The translations under genes were made by a program, and so were the position numbers. The notes beneath the pieces are model-generated. The model made no database searches, was not told the DNA's origin, and saw only the letters and a program-made list of their open reading frames with translations. Below are positions 1 to 11,672 of a DNA stretch of 64,000 nucleotides, piece by piece. The stretch comes from Psilocybe cubensis. Lineage: Eukaryota. Each line of letters opens with the position of its first letter. Positions within the stretch are counted from its first letter, which is position 1. The DNA lies in contig CM039003.1 of assembly GCA_017499595.2 (NCBI GenBank), forward strand, positions 3,472,001 through 3,536,000, in the 5' to 3' direction.

Positions 1-350
1 CGGACTGGTAGGTATACACAACGGTTCGGGGAACAGCTGGCTTAGGGATGAGGAGTGTGGTGCCGAAAGGCCGTTGGCAGCAAGATGTCCCACGGTCAGT
101 GCACATCTTGATTATCTCGGAAATACTAGAGCTCGACCCAGAGTGTAATCTGATCTCTTATCTCACTCTGCGACATTGTCCGCTTTGTACAATGCTGATG
201 CTCTCACACATTTCAAGACAAAAAGTGCTGAAACTTGAAGAATGCTCAGAGGCAAGCAAGGTATTTACATTCTGTTTAATATTTATGAGATACTAACTAT
301 ATCTTCTTGCCTGCCTAAGTGTTGAGCGTGAGGTAACGCCCAGAAGCTTC

Positions 351-2165
351 CTATGGCCTTTGTGCGGCCGACATCACCTGGAAGGTGAGTTGCGTCCCCT
401 TCTTTGAGTGACGCTCACGGTCAAGCATCACCACACGCCCCTCCGAGGCCGCGCCAGCCATGCATCGTGGTGTGGCTGGCTTGCGCTGCGGCCTCCGAGT
501 TGGTGCGGCCTTCAGGGCCCTCGCGACCCTGCCTTCACCTGCCTTTTGGTCGTCCCGTGGCAACCTTCTTCGGGGACGTTTCGCGGCGGGCGAGGATTGG
601 CTGCTGGAACAGTGTGAGAAGGGAGGAGATGGAATTTAGATATTGAGAAGAACAATGAAAGGTGCGTTGTGCATACTCATCGTTGTCAACCGTCAACAAT
701 CTTCGCTTCCGAGAATATGTGGAAGCGCTCGCGACTTTCCTAATTTTTAAGGAATAGTCAGTCCCGCTGTCGCGTTTATTAACTAGATAACCGGCAACTC
801 GTACCTGTCGCCATTGTGCGTGATAGAGCGATGGCTTTTCATCCTAAATCACAATTGGTAATATCAGCATTGCAGTTCATACTCTGGAGGAGAAAAGGAA
901 ACGTCATATCATACCCTCCATCTCTGTGTGTGGGCCCGGCGAAAGGCTCAACGGGGTCGCCCCCGGAGCCCGCTTCGCGGTTCAATGTCCACTGCGTGGA
1001 TCCTCCAATATGTGTTTCCTCTTCTCCGATATAGGAGTGGAAACTGCTGCTCGAACTTCCTGGGAGGCTCGTATGGCTCCCAGGGTGAAAATACGGCACC
1101 AGTTGTTCAACGCTTTCAAGCGTTGGAATCAACTGTTGTTTTCGTTTGTTATCTTTGTTGTCTACCCTCGTCAGGGTTTTCGCCACCTGTGCGGATGGGT
1201 CTGTGTCGGCGTACCAGATTCCACCGTGAACGATATTGGCGTATCGATCACATTGCACACTTGTAGGGGCATTCCCCGTGGAAGACGTTGATGGATAGCT
1301 GAGATGCGTGAAGAAGGACATCAGTTTGGCTCAAAGTCTAGGCCAATAAACATACCCATCAGCCACGTCCGCGGATGTATATTCGCCATAGTTTGTGAGC
1401 AACTGTGATTGGTGTCTGCTCGATGACGCCTGATCAATGGTTGGTGGGTAAGTCGCCCCAGAAGTTGCTGTGGGTGTTTGAATGATACATTCGGGAAAGG
1501 CGCTGCGTGGATTGGCAGTCGGCACGTATTCTGTGCTGATTTGGGGAAAGAAATTGTGAGACGACCAAGACGAGGCTGTCGGCGGATATACGGTTAGCAG
1601 GCTGAAGTTTCAAACATGGAGATACCAATGCTTACAGTCAATGTCTTCAAAACCTTGAAAACCGGTGGGATATGGTGGGGGATTAAAGGTGTGTGACGAT
1701 GTTGATGCTTGTTGCGCACGGTTTTGAGTGGTTGTGTTGGAAGAGAATGAGTAGGAGTCGATATTAGGAGTGACTCCTACATGCGACTCGGTGAATAGTG
1801 TAGCTTATAGTCACGCGGTCAGTGTTGGGCAGAAAACGTAGAATACTCCCTTGCTTACTGTTTAATCGACCCAAACCTGGGGAAGTGCAGAAAGACGATT
1901 CGGCATGAACTACTGGTTCAATAAGGAGATCGAGATCGCTTGAGAGGAATGGTATATTGTGGGGACCAGTACTTGAAGATCCTGTGTTGCTGTTAGGAGC
2001 AAAGGATAACGATAGTCCATTCTCTGGTAATATCATGGTACCGTCTGAGAAGAGATTAATGATCAATAAGAAAGCCAACTTGATCACTGGGAAGAGCTGG
2101 GAAGGAGCGTACTCACCAGCGGCGAGTCCAGATTGGAAAAAGTCAAAAGTGAAAAAATTATCCAT
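351..2165 (-). CDS. Family A copy A1: multi-exon hypothetical protein, S/P-rich and probably disordered, with a basic C-terminus
   Basis: ATG at 2165 (MDNFFTFDFFQSGLAAG). Successive minus-strand ORF pieces are joined by GT-AG introns, e.g. GATGGAGG|gtatga...tttag. Stop at 351. Exon by exon it matches A2: QLIPTLESVEQL vs QLVPTLSSVDQL, and RHSKKGTQLTFQVMSA vs RHRKHGGEIGFQVIEA. Confidence 0.7.
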
Positions 2166-2779
2166 TTTGATAGAGTCTGTGGATGAACTGTGCTCTGTGG
2201 AGTTGGGTTGGGGGCGATGATGTAGAAAGAAAGAAAGAAATGGTTTTGATACGGTGTGAAGGGGGATTTCTCATGTTTTCGGCCCTTGTTGGGCTAGTGC
2301 AGGATGACTCGTCAACTCCTCGTGTACAAAATGCTGTTTCAACCCATTAGGCAAAAAAATACTGTGGGTTCCCGTGAACACACACAATCGACACTTGTCT
2401 GTGCCTATGGCCGCACCATTTCCCTGACGTGCCGAGAGAAATGACCTGTCATTCTCCACCTCGTGTCCTATTTCCACCACACAATACGATTGGTTAATGT
2501 GTTATTTCTCACATGTCTATTTATAATACAGTCACTGGTATCATCGAGGAATACAGCCCCGGGTTACATCGAGGCTAATGTCCCTACCTCGCTTATAACT
2601 ATTATCTCTATTAGTCGGACCTCGATGACCTAGTACTGGCATCAAACTGGCATCCGTAGGTAATAGATGTAGGAATTAGGTGGCACACCACCCATACGTA
2701 TATGTTCTGCTGTTGTTCTTGTTGTCTCTTTTTGAGGTAGATTTCAATATGTGCACCGATCCTCAATTTAAAGCTTACC

Positions 2780-3960
2780 ATATCGAAAGTGAGAGAACCA
2801 CATAGCGAGGGCACAAGAGGCGCATGTCGGCTTGCACCGGACGCGCACACGCGGAGTTTAAATTTCTTTGTAACCAGCAAGGACAAACAACGCGTCTTTC
2901 CATTGACAAGGTGTGAATATCGTCCTCCACAGCCATCTCCCACTTGTCAGCGATTCAAAGGACGATTGTTCAAAATGAAGCACTTAACATGCAAAAGTCA
3001 TCGCGATGTGGAGTGTGACTGGGGTCGAGGGCAGCCGACGGTAGGGAGATTGAGGAGGAGGAAGAACCCGGTGAGTGCGCTGCTTCTGGTTTTGCATGTT
3101 CTGGCGGATGGAATTGGAGAGCACACGTCCTTACCATCTCTTTGTGTCGCTAACCCCATCACCTTGATATTCGCATCGAACTGACAAACGGTGGCACACA
3201 TCACACATTCGCCGTGGCAGTTGCACTCTCAATCTTCATTATTTTCTTCAATGCGCCTTTGCTCATTTCTCTGCATCATACTCCGCCCACAGGTTTGCTT
3301 ACACCCTGCGCATGTTTATGGAGCATATACGAGTTATTTTCATCCTGTCTACCTCCCTTCGACCACGTAGATGGGCCTCCAATCATCCTCAATACCCTCC
3401 CCTCGTTGTCGTAGGCCTACCGACTCCGCTCGTGTGACATATGGACATTGAGGGGAAAAATGGCCTTAGCAACAATTTAAGGATTCTTATTGCGGGCCAG
3501 AAACTGCGACGCGTACGTGTAATCGCGCTCACTGTATTCAGGGTTTGGTTCTAATGCGCGCATACATTTTAGGTTGAAATGCGGGATATCTGCGCCACTC
3601 GAAAAAGGATCACCTCTGGGAGGTGACAATGGATTCAGATGTTGATAAAGAGCATTCAGGTAAGTGTTTTTCTCTACATTGGTTTTGCATGAAGCCGGAA
3701 AAATCTCCACCACCTTCTTCCATCCTGTTCTTCGGTCCTCACCATCATGCTTCCACTGCACCGGCGTACGCAAACATCGACGCTGCGCCAGATACACCAG
3801 GTCCATAATAACGACTTTGGGGTATACTGTGTGCAACTTCATATTCCCCATATTTGCGATGCGTCAATGCAGTGGAACGTTAATGTGTATGCTATTTGCC
3901 TATATGCTCGTTCGCATATCTTCACTCCTCTCTCTTTAGTCCATCCTCCTCTTCATCATA
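2780..3960 (-). pseudogene. Family D relics (two tandem degenerate pieces of an unknown gene)
   Basis: Carries the block GCGGAGTTT..CAGCAAGGACAAACA (2851-2889; minus frame CLSLLVTKKFKLR) and a KLHTVYPKVVIMDLVY segment. Both are shared with the 18.4-19.7 kb, 22.6-23.7 kb and 46.1 kb copies. Confidence 0.45.
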
Positions 3961-4440
3961 CGCTCACCGCTGATGTCTCCTGTTGAGTATATGCCATTCA
4001 TCGCGGTTGCGGGCTGCAGACCATGGGTGATGGTATACTAAAAATTTGATCTTGATTTATGCAGTCTCTGGCAGGACAAATGGGAATCCATTAGTGCATT
4101 CCGAGCGACTCGACAGCTACATGCTCAGACTTTCCCAACCCTGTAAGTGCCTGCACCTGCACCATACAATATCAGTGGAGATGCATAGCGATTCTCTAAT
4201 GGCAAGCTTTCGCCTACTCTGATTTATGTCGACGTATGTGATTGGATAGTGGAATGAACGTCATAAACTTGTTAAACTCACCACACGTCCTATAACCACC
4301 GTTTGAGCGTTGAAGTCTAGAACTGATCTACCGGGTGCGAAGTACATCGCGGCTGCTGCATGCTCGGAAACGCCAGGGAATTGTCAACCGATTAGCTGTG
4401 ATTGGTCAGGAACATTTTTTTCCCACGAAACTGCGATCCT

Positions 4441-4460
4441 GCGCCTTGAGGTTAGTTTTT
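4441..4460 (+). promoter_or_regulatory. Conserved 20-bp upstream element of family B genes, GCGCCTTGAGGTTAGTTTTT
   Basis: Identical at 21172-21191 and, reverse-complemented, at 47610-47629. About 190 bp upstream of the ATG in both B1 and B2 while flanks diverge. Confidence 0.5.
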
Positions 4461-4652
4461 GATTGCTTAGAACGCGCAAAAACGGGCAGTCCTGAATTTG
4501 TACCTGCGAGCTGGTGGGAAAAGCGTGTTTAGCTGGGATTTATGAACCCATACCGACGGATTCAGACGAAGCAAACTTTCCTTTGTTCCCAGACACATAA
4601 CCAGCCTTCGCTTCAGATCTTTCTTTATTTTTCCCATTCTTGCTACCGCGAT

Positions 4653-6012
4653 ATGCAGAACGCCTACGTCGTCAGATTTCCCCCACTTGATAGCGAAGAC
4701 TTTGATATCCCTGCACTGTCCACATCTATATCAGCGAACGATGCCTGGTTAAACGTGAATTTTTATTCAGAGGGTCGTTATGGACGCACCACTTTGAACA
4801 CAGTCGAGATGGCGCCAAATATCAGAATGTTCCCGAGTGTTGCATCAAGCCATGCCGGTGAGGAGGCTTCTCAGGACTCATCGGCCTCCACGCATCACAC
4901 TCCACGGGGATCTGGGAGCTTGTCGTACGCAGGGTTTGTACATGACGAATATTACTTGAGCGGGGAAGAGAATTTGTCTATCAACGGTCAGACCAATAAC
5001 GAAGCGCTTGACATGTCGTCTCCTGAGTTGTTACCTACCAATAACGTCCGCCCAGATGCCCATATTTCTGTATTGGTCGGTCATGAAGGCTCTGAGGATA
5101 CCACATATCCAACCAATACATCGATCGAATTCATATCAACTTCGGACCCTCTGTCCCAGAGCGATCCCATGGACAGCCTACTTTCGTATGTCCTGTCCAC
5201 AGGAACAATCGATCCTGCTTTGCTGGCGAAACCAATGCCATCATCACATAGCAAGCGTGAACACGATATGCCACGAAGTCAGGCGGGCGTCACATTGTCC
5301 AGTGGAACAGAGAACAGAGGGGGGTCATGCACTTGGGTACACAAGCCAGTGCAGAGCGTGATCGACTATCAAGATATGCGTGCAAATAGTTTCCGTCATG
5401 GATCTGGAGAGACGGAAATATCGGAAAATTACACGTTCCAGCACCAGGAACACCGCCCAAGGTACAGCTCCAGGGAATCCCTGTTGAGCAGATACCGAAT
5501 ACGGAATCTGAACCTCATGATGCTTGAAGGTATATTTCAGATTTCCATCTCTTGTGATCACAATACTGAAACCATCGTAATGCAAGGGGGCCCATCTGGC
5601 TGGCTCGGAGCCATCATATGGAAGTATCCGGAGTTCAGCGCCATGAAAGCGCCAATAGGTATGTGTGTATATATGCTTGCAGTTGAAATGAGTGGCTGAC
5701 ATATTCATGGGTTAACGTTAGAGAGAACAGAGCAGCGGGAAGAGAAACACGCACTAGAACACGGAGGACTACTAAAAAAGTACAAGACCGATTGAAAAGG
5801 CTCCGCAAGAGTATCAAAATTGAGCAGGAGAAGAAGTCAAGAGGGCGGGAAAGAACCCACAGTAATCCTGGTTGTGAGCCTCCGACCAAGAAAAAAGTAT
5901 ACTACAAGGTCATAGGAGTGACTACGATGACATATTCCGTTCCCGAGAGGAGATTACTTCCAATGCTCCTATCCGAGGTCGTTAGAGAGGATGCATCGTC
6001 ATGGAGGTGTAG
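4653..6012 (+). pseudogene. Family B copy B1, diverged and frameshifted in its 3' part
   Basis: Long ORF with LSTGTIDPALL and NSFRHGSGETEI matches B2/B3 (LATGTVDPAV, NNFCRPSGETEI). Intron 5530-5586 is at the same position as in B2. The homologous PVEQ and QGHRSD..FRSREEI segments lie in shifted frames that contain stops. Confidence 0.6.
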
Positions 6013-7151
6013 TAGTTGGCAGTTGGTGGGAGCGTAGTTAGTTCTCGACATTCTTATCTTATCGACTGGATCGATACAGTCATATTCTTTTATATCTTAT
6101 CTCCGTTTTGTTCTATCATTGACCGCGGCTACCGTGGGAAGTTTAACGTTGCAAGGAGCGCGATTGAAAAGGAAGAAAAAATAACATGCGCTCATCCACT
6201 TTTACATCTCAAATTTCAGCAGGAAGATCAGCATCTATCCACCCACCCATTGACACATTGACGTCTGATTCAGACATTCACATGCACAGTGATCTAAGCA
6301 ACCCTTCAACCCAATCCACACCATCCCAACCCAGCAACAACAACAACCACAGCAACGCAAATGACGTATCATGCCCACATCTTCCTCCTCCTCCTCTCCC
6401 GATTCGCGATTCACGATTCATCCCTAATTCACCCGTCTCCTTTACTTACTTCCGGGTGTAGTGGCAGTAGCAGTACGTACCTACTTGGCTCTGAATCAGC
6501 CAGCGTGCCGTCCCCGTCACATTACAACCCTAAAAGATTTGCGACACAAAATGTAACGGAATGATTCTCGACACTGTGGTTGTATGCTACGACATTCAGC
6601 GTAGACTCTGCCTGCGTGTTCTCAAAAGCGCATACATGCAAGCTAAAAATGTTGTCCGTAATGGTCGATACAAGCTACATGTCAATGTGTGGCCAAGCAA
6701 TGAAAAACATCTGAATTTGCACCCTCCAATGTCAAACGGCCCTACCGGCCTCTGCCTTCCTATGTGCCCCTTCATAAAGTTCTTTGGGCTTTGAAAACAA
6801 AAGGCATTCCTTTCTTTGAGTAAAGACACCGGAGAACCTAGAGAGCGGATGAACCTCTTTGAGAGCGTGGGAAACAAGACAAAGATGAAAGCACTTGATG
6901 TTCAAACTCAGCTACCACGACTAATTGCTTTGAAGATTCAAAGCTCGGGAAATATTGTGAAGACACATGTAGGTCTCTGCTTTGTGGGCGAACCATAGTT
7001 GAAAGTCTGCTTCAAATACTGAAAGACGACACTGTTACTTTGAGCGTTTGATATACTTTCAGTAGCTTTATTCTTTGACCTACGTTGGCGTTCGATAGAA
7101 CGATGAAAGCGAGAAGCGCACATAGTGCACAACCTACAATCCCAGAACCGT

Positions 7152-7160
7152 TATAAATAA
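7152..7160 (+). promoter_or_regulatory. TATA box of the zinc-finger microprotein gene
   Basis: TATAAATAA 84 bp upstream of the ATG at 7236, followed by a CA-rich leader. Confidence 0.6.
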
Positions 7161-7235
7161 TGGGAAGTCTACCATGAATCAGTATCAACACACACAACTT
7201 CAATACCAAATATTCACCCACCCAAACAACTAACA

Positions 7236-7543
7236 ATGGCATCGTAAGTACACCAATACTCATCTACATCGCTCATAACACATACTGATTATCTTTGACA
7301 ATATCCAGTAAATCCGGCTCTTGCGTCCTCAACTCCCGATGCCCCAACAAAATGTACTCCGGCGCACTTGACGCCGCGACCCGCCGCGAGAGCATCCGCT
7401 CGCACCTGCACCAATGTCATAACATCGTTTGCAGCCCCGGAGACGCTAGCCTCATTGCATGCATGGCATGCCCGCCAATCAATGGTCAGCCGACATATAT
7501 CGAGAAGGGATCTTTCCCTGAACATATTAATCAGTGGCATTGA
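7236..7543 (+). CDS. 80-aa microprotein with two C2H2-like zinc fingers
   Basis: ATGGCATC|gtaagt intron 7244-7308 (ctgat branch, ccag acceptor). Product: MASKSGSCVLNSRCPNKMYSGALDAATRRESIRSHLHQCHNIVCSPGDASLIACMACPPINGQPTYIEKGSFPEHINQWH. Pattern Cx5C...Hx4H then Cx2C...Hx4H. Confidence 0.75.
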
Positions 7544-8350
7544 ACGATTTAACGGACGACATTTATGTTTATAGAAGAGGAGGGTTGCGTAGGGTACGAC
7601 AGTTACTAATGTTTGTAAAACGCGCGAGTGATACGTATGAAGGATTTAATTTTCTGACCTACTGTAACTGAGAATGTCGCGTTTCTGGAGAGTGAACTAT
7701 CGGGAACGCCTTAGGGAATGGAAATGGTAATAAGGTGGATTATATCTGCGATTAAACCCTGACACGTATTCCAATGCTCACAAATCTAATCGTTGAGATA
7801 GGTATTTGCTACCTTTACTAGTTTCTTCCTCCCAGAATTTGTAGACTTCGGGCTGTCTATAATTTCTGGTGTTTTCTGGATGTCTTCATCCCCGAGTCTC
7901 GAGGAATACATATATTTAGATGTTGCTATTGTATTATAAAGAAAATCCCCTCTAAAACGACTCAGCATTCATGTCATGAGGAATATAGTAAACATGCAGA
8001 GTGTATTGCGGCATGGAGTGCATGCGGGGTTCGAGGGAAGTCAGTGAGGTTTAAACGGGTAAGGGCATAGATGTAGGTGAGTGAATTATTTTTGGTCGTA
8101 TGTTCTGGCGGATGGAATGGGTGAACAGACGAGTGTACCATCAACCTTCGCTGGTATCCCCACCACCTCTGTCTTCCACTTCCACCGGCGCATTGAGCTA
8201 CGCGTAACCTAGTCATTGTGGGGCCTGCATTGGGGATATGTTTACATTGTCCACATCCCATCAAGCTGGTATGCCGCCTGCGTCGTCTACGTGTTCAGGA
8301 CCCTGAGGTGAGCAGTGGATAGTGTGGTGTACACTACATCTCATTCTTCT

Positions 8351-9092
8351 GTATGACACGATTTTCCGTTGAAAAAGCGAACATTGAGAAATAGAGTTGT
8401 ACTCACTAGTTTTGGGCCTTTCTTTATGTTGTAGTGCTTACATTCTGAGTGTGCGAACAGCCTATTGGATGACATTCTGATAAAATTAGCACAGACCGTG
8501 GTAAATTTAAACTCGTGTCGTGGTAAAGCTGTGGTCAAGTCGTGGTTTCATCAAAACCAATGGTGTACGTGTTGGTATTATCCTAGGGTGGTCTCTCTAA
8601 AGATGGTCTTCCGTAAAGCAGTTATTTCAACAGATGGTTAAGGGCGCAATTCTTCCAGATAATCTGAAATTTAACTGAGTTTATATCGGCCTATCACGGC
8701 AAAGCATATTTTGTCTTGCTGTGGGTGTTTCCGGCACCTTTACTTAGATTATTTTGATGCAGAAGGAGCCGAGATAAGTTGGAAACAAAAAAATCTGAGA
8801 AAAAATGACAAAAGTTGTTTGAAAGTGAACAGGACTTGGTATAGGTTCATATAAACCGGGTATTACTGTATCATTGATAAGAAAACCATTTGATACAGCA
8901 ATGTATACCTAGGTCACAGTACGACCACACCAAAGTACGTTGTTCAACCAAGGGTGTATGTACTAATGACTAAGTACTTCATTACGAAACCTGACATAAA
9001 TGTACGTATCAAAGTTCTAGTCTTGCTATTTTTGTAGCGACCAAATCGTGAAGCCGGACACTTCGCATTTTCAACGGAAAATCGTGTCATAC
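8351..9092. mobile_element. Non-autonomous TIR element (MITE-like), 742 bp
   Basis: TIR GTATGACACGATTTTCCGTTGAAAA(A/T)GCGAA at 8351-8381 and 9062-9092 with 1 mismatch. Flanked by a TTCT duplication (8347-8350, 9093-9096). AT-rich interior with no long ORF. Confidence 0.85.
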
Positions 9093-9228
9093 TTCTGACA
9101 AACGCCCGTGCTTGTTTCAATACATCCTGACCGGACTGTCAATGCTGATCCGCACATTTGAATGGCACTTCTCGCGGAGCACACACTGTCTGCCTATTGA
9201 TGTGTATGTGTGTACTACATTATTCTTG

Positions 9229-9306
9229 GTGTGCTGCACAGTGAGTTGGGGTTATCCATGTTTACGAGTGTGCTGCACAGTGAGTTGGGGTTATCCATGT
9301 TTACGA
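9229..9306. repeat. Perfect tandem duplication, 2 x 39 bp
   Basis: GTGTGCTGCACAGTGAGTTGGGGTTATCCATGTTTACGA occurs twice with no spacer. Confidence 0.95.
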
Positions 9307-9844
9307 GCGTCCACTCAAGGCTACCTCTCAGGTCCCTCTCGACAACCAGTCACTGATAATATGGTTGGTATCTAATTTTTTTTTATCTCCAAATTGCCAC
9401 GCACATGGACTAGGGGTTGGATACACTGTCTAAATTTTAAATATTAGCTAGAAGTGTTTCGTGTACCCACCCCCGCCATATGCGTAGTACGGGTGTGTGT
9501 CTGACTGTATAGTTGGCTTTATATGTTGTATCTACTGTGCAATCAAGAATAACACCGCTTTAAATGTGTAATTCATAAAGGTAATAGCAATGGTATGAAT
9601 GCATCCTGAATTCATTATAGCTGGAAAAGAGAAGGGAGAGATGATTTAACAAAAAATGCCACGAGGGGAGGTAAACCAATTTCCTCACCCGACCTCATAT
9701 TGTGTTTTCCTATTGTATTAATCAAAGTTCTTTGTATTATGTGCATTTAAGAGGTTTTCAGACATGTAATTCCATCTTTTTACCGACCATTTGTTGATGT
9801 TGATCAAAGAGCCATAATTACAAAATGCCGAAAGGCTATACGTG

Positions 9845-10414
9845 GATGAGACGACCAAAACAATGCTGTGAGAGGAAGTCCGGTTAGCTGGATGAAGTTT
9901 CAAACATGACGCATGCCAATACTTACAATAAATATCTTCAGAGCCTTGAAAAGGATACATGGGAGATGGTTGCAGAATAGAATGCCGTGAGGAATCAAGA
10001 GTGGATGAAGAAGTTGAAGCTTGTTGCGCATGGATGATTGGAGAAAATTGAGTGGTTGTGTTGGAAGACGGTGAGTAGGTGTCGATATTAGGAATGACTC
10101 CTGCATGCGACTCGGTGAATAGTGTACCTTATAGTTATGTTGTCAGTGTTGGATAGAAAACATAATATACTCCATTTCTTACTGTTTACTTGGCCCAAAC
10201 CTGGGGAAGTGTCGGCCGAGAGGAATGGCATACCTTGGGACCAAGTACTTGAAGATCCTGTGATGTTATCAGGAGCGAAGGATAACCATTGTTTGCTCTC
10301 TGGTGATATCATAGTACTGTCTGAGAAGTGTTTAATGATCGATAAGAAAGCCAATTTCATCACTGGGAAGGAGAGTATTCACCGGCGGCGAGTCCAGATT
10401 GCAAAAAGTCAAAA
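9845..10414 (-). pseudogene. Family A fragment A3 (5' exons only, start codon region replaced)
   Basis: Aligns to 1558-2149, e.g. shared YTIHRVACRSHS and GGCGAGTCCAGATTG(C/G)AAAAAGTCAAAAG. Homology ends abruptly at both sides. Confidence 0.8.
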
Positions 10415-10553
10415 GAACTCGCTACAGCTGACGAGCGAAATCATCTGTCAGTCTACAATCTATGCCTGGTGTATTCGTGAAACTCGCCTTTTGATGTGTC
10501 CTATCATCTCCTAGTCGGCTCTTGGTCTCCGAGAGTGACAATGCGGGGCAATT

Positions 10554-10572
10554 TGTAGCAATAGACAGATAA
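10554..10572 (-). promoter_or_regulatory. 19-bp motif copy 1, TTATCTGTCTATTGCTACA
   Basis: One mismatch to the consensus TTATCTGTCTATCGCTACA. Lies in a block (10554-10860) homologous to 26068-26370. Confidence 0.5.
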
Positions 10573-11672
10573 GCTTGACAGTGTGTAATCCAAGCTGGGC
10601 ATCGGAGACTTCCAATGTATTCTCCTATGATGGAGCGTTATGCGTGTAGCAACAAACAGCAGTGATGGGACAAGTAATCGTAGGCTGCGTAGGTTCACAA
10701 TCGGATGCCTTTATCAGCAATCTTTGACATTTAGTCTGCTTAATGTACTCGACAATATCGCACTACAGCTATAAAGCCTCCTTATTGTTCATGTGCCATA
10801 CGATACGAAGCTGCTATAGCTCCCATAATTTTTTTTCTCACCATGTCCTTCTGCATCGTCGGCTAGAGATACATAATCTCGCACCGGTAAATTTCCATTT
10901 AGTCAACCCGGACCCCATTCTTCGGACAATAGAATACTCGTATTTAGCAGAGCAGCATGAACGACACGCACAGTTTGAAAATCCCGGCCCATTTATACAT
11001 AGGAGTGTACAAACGGAAGGGAGTGGTCAATCCTTAATTAGAGGTAAATAAGGGCAAATTCGCAGTAGCTCATAGGATGGATGCGATATCGCCATGAATA
11101 TCAATGCATTGGACGCTTCCCTCAACAAAGCATGTAATATGCGACTCACTGATGTAGACCCCATGTTCTTGCCGTGACGTGTGGATATACTGAAGCATGG
11201 GCCAGCGCGACAGTCAGAAAGTGGTAGTGATGCTGCGGGAAACAGAAAGTATGGCTAGTTATGACCTTGAGACGAATGCCCGCTGAGGGATAATCCGAAA
11301 CGAGACACTTGCCAATGGTGCGTTCTCCTCATCGACTTCATTTTCCCGGTTTACGGCGAGACAATGGCGCCAAATCGGACCGCCTACACATCTCGTGAAT
11401 GGTGTTTAACCGTTCTCAGCTGTCAAAACAGTTGGAGTGTCACCGTTTGACGGGTAGAGGAAGGGTTGGCGGAGGTTGCTACCGACAACACAATCGAGCG
11501 GGAACGAAATTCACTGAACAACAATGACGTACCTCAAATCTTGACTTACTGTTTAAGCGCACTCCTATAAGTTTACTCCAACAGATTCAGCGGTTATCGG
11601 TGAAGCTCCAGATACGTTGTAAACCGTCGAGGCAGGGTTCGTTGACCCTCCAACTTGACGATCGTTCCCGGC

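Noticed and set aside
3070-3078. Recurrent GGTGAGTG in family D copies as plus-strand splice donors
   Set aside because: Synonymous-change pattern and branch/acceptor signals favour the minus strand; not fully excluded.
351-6012. Divergent A/B pair as an HD1/HD2 mating-type locus
   Set aside because: No homeodomain (WFxNxR) motif found in either family, and no MIP or beta-fg flanking gene is visible.
9229-9306. 39-bp repeats as a CRISPR array
   Set aside because: Two adjacent copies with no spacer, in eukaryotic DNA.
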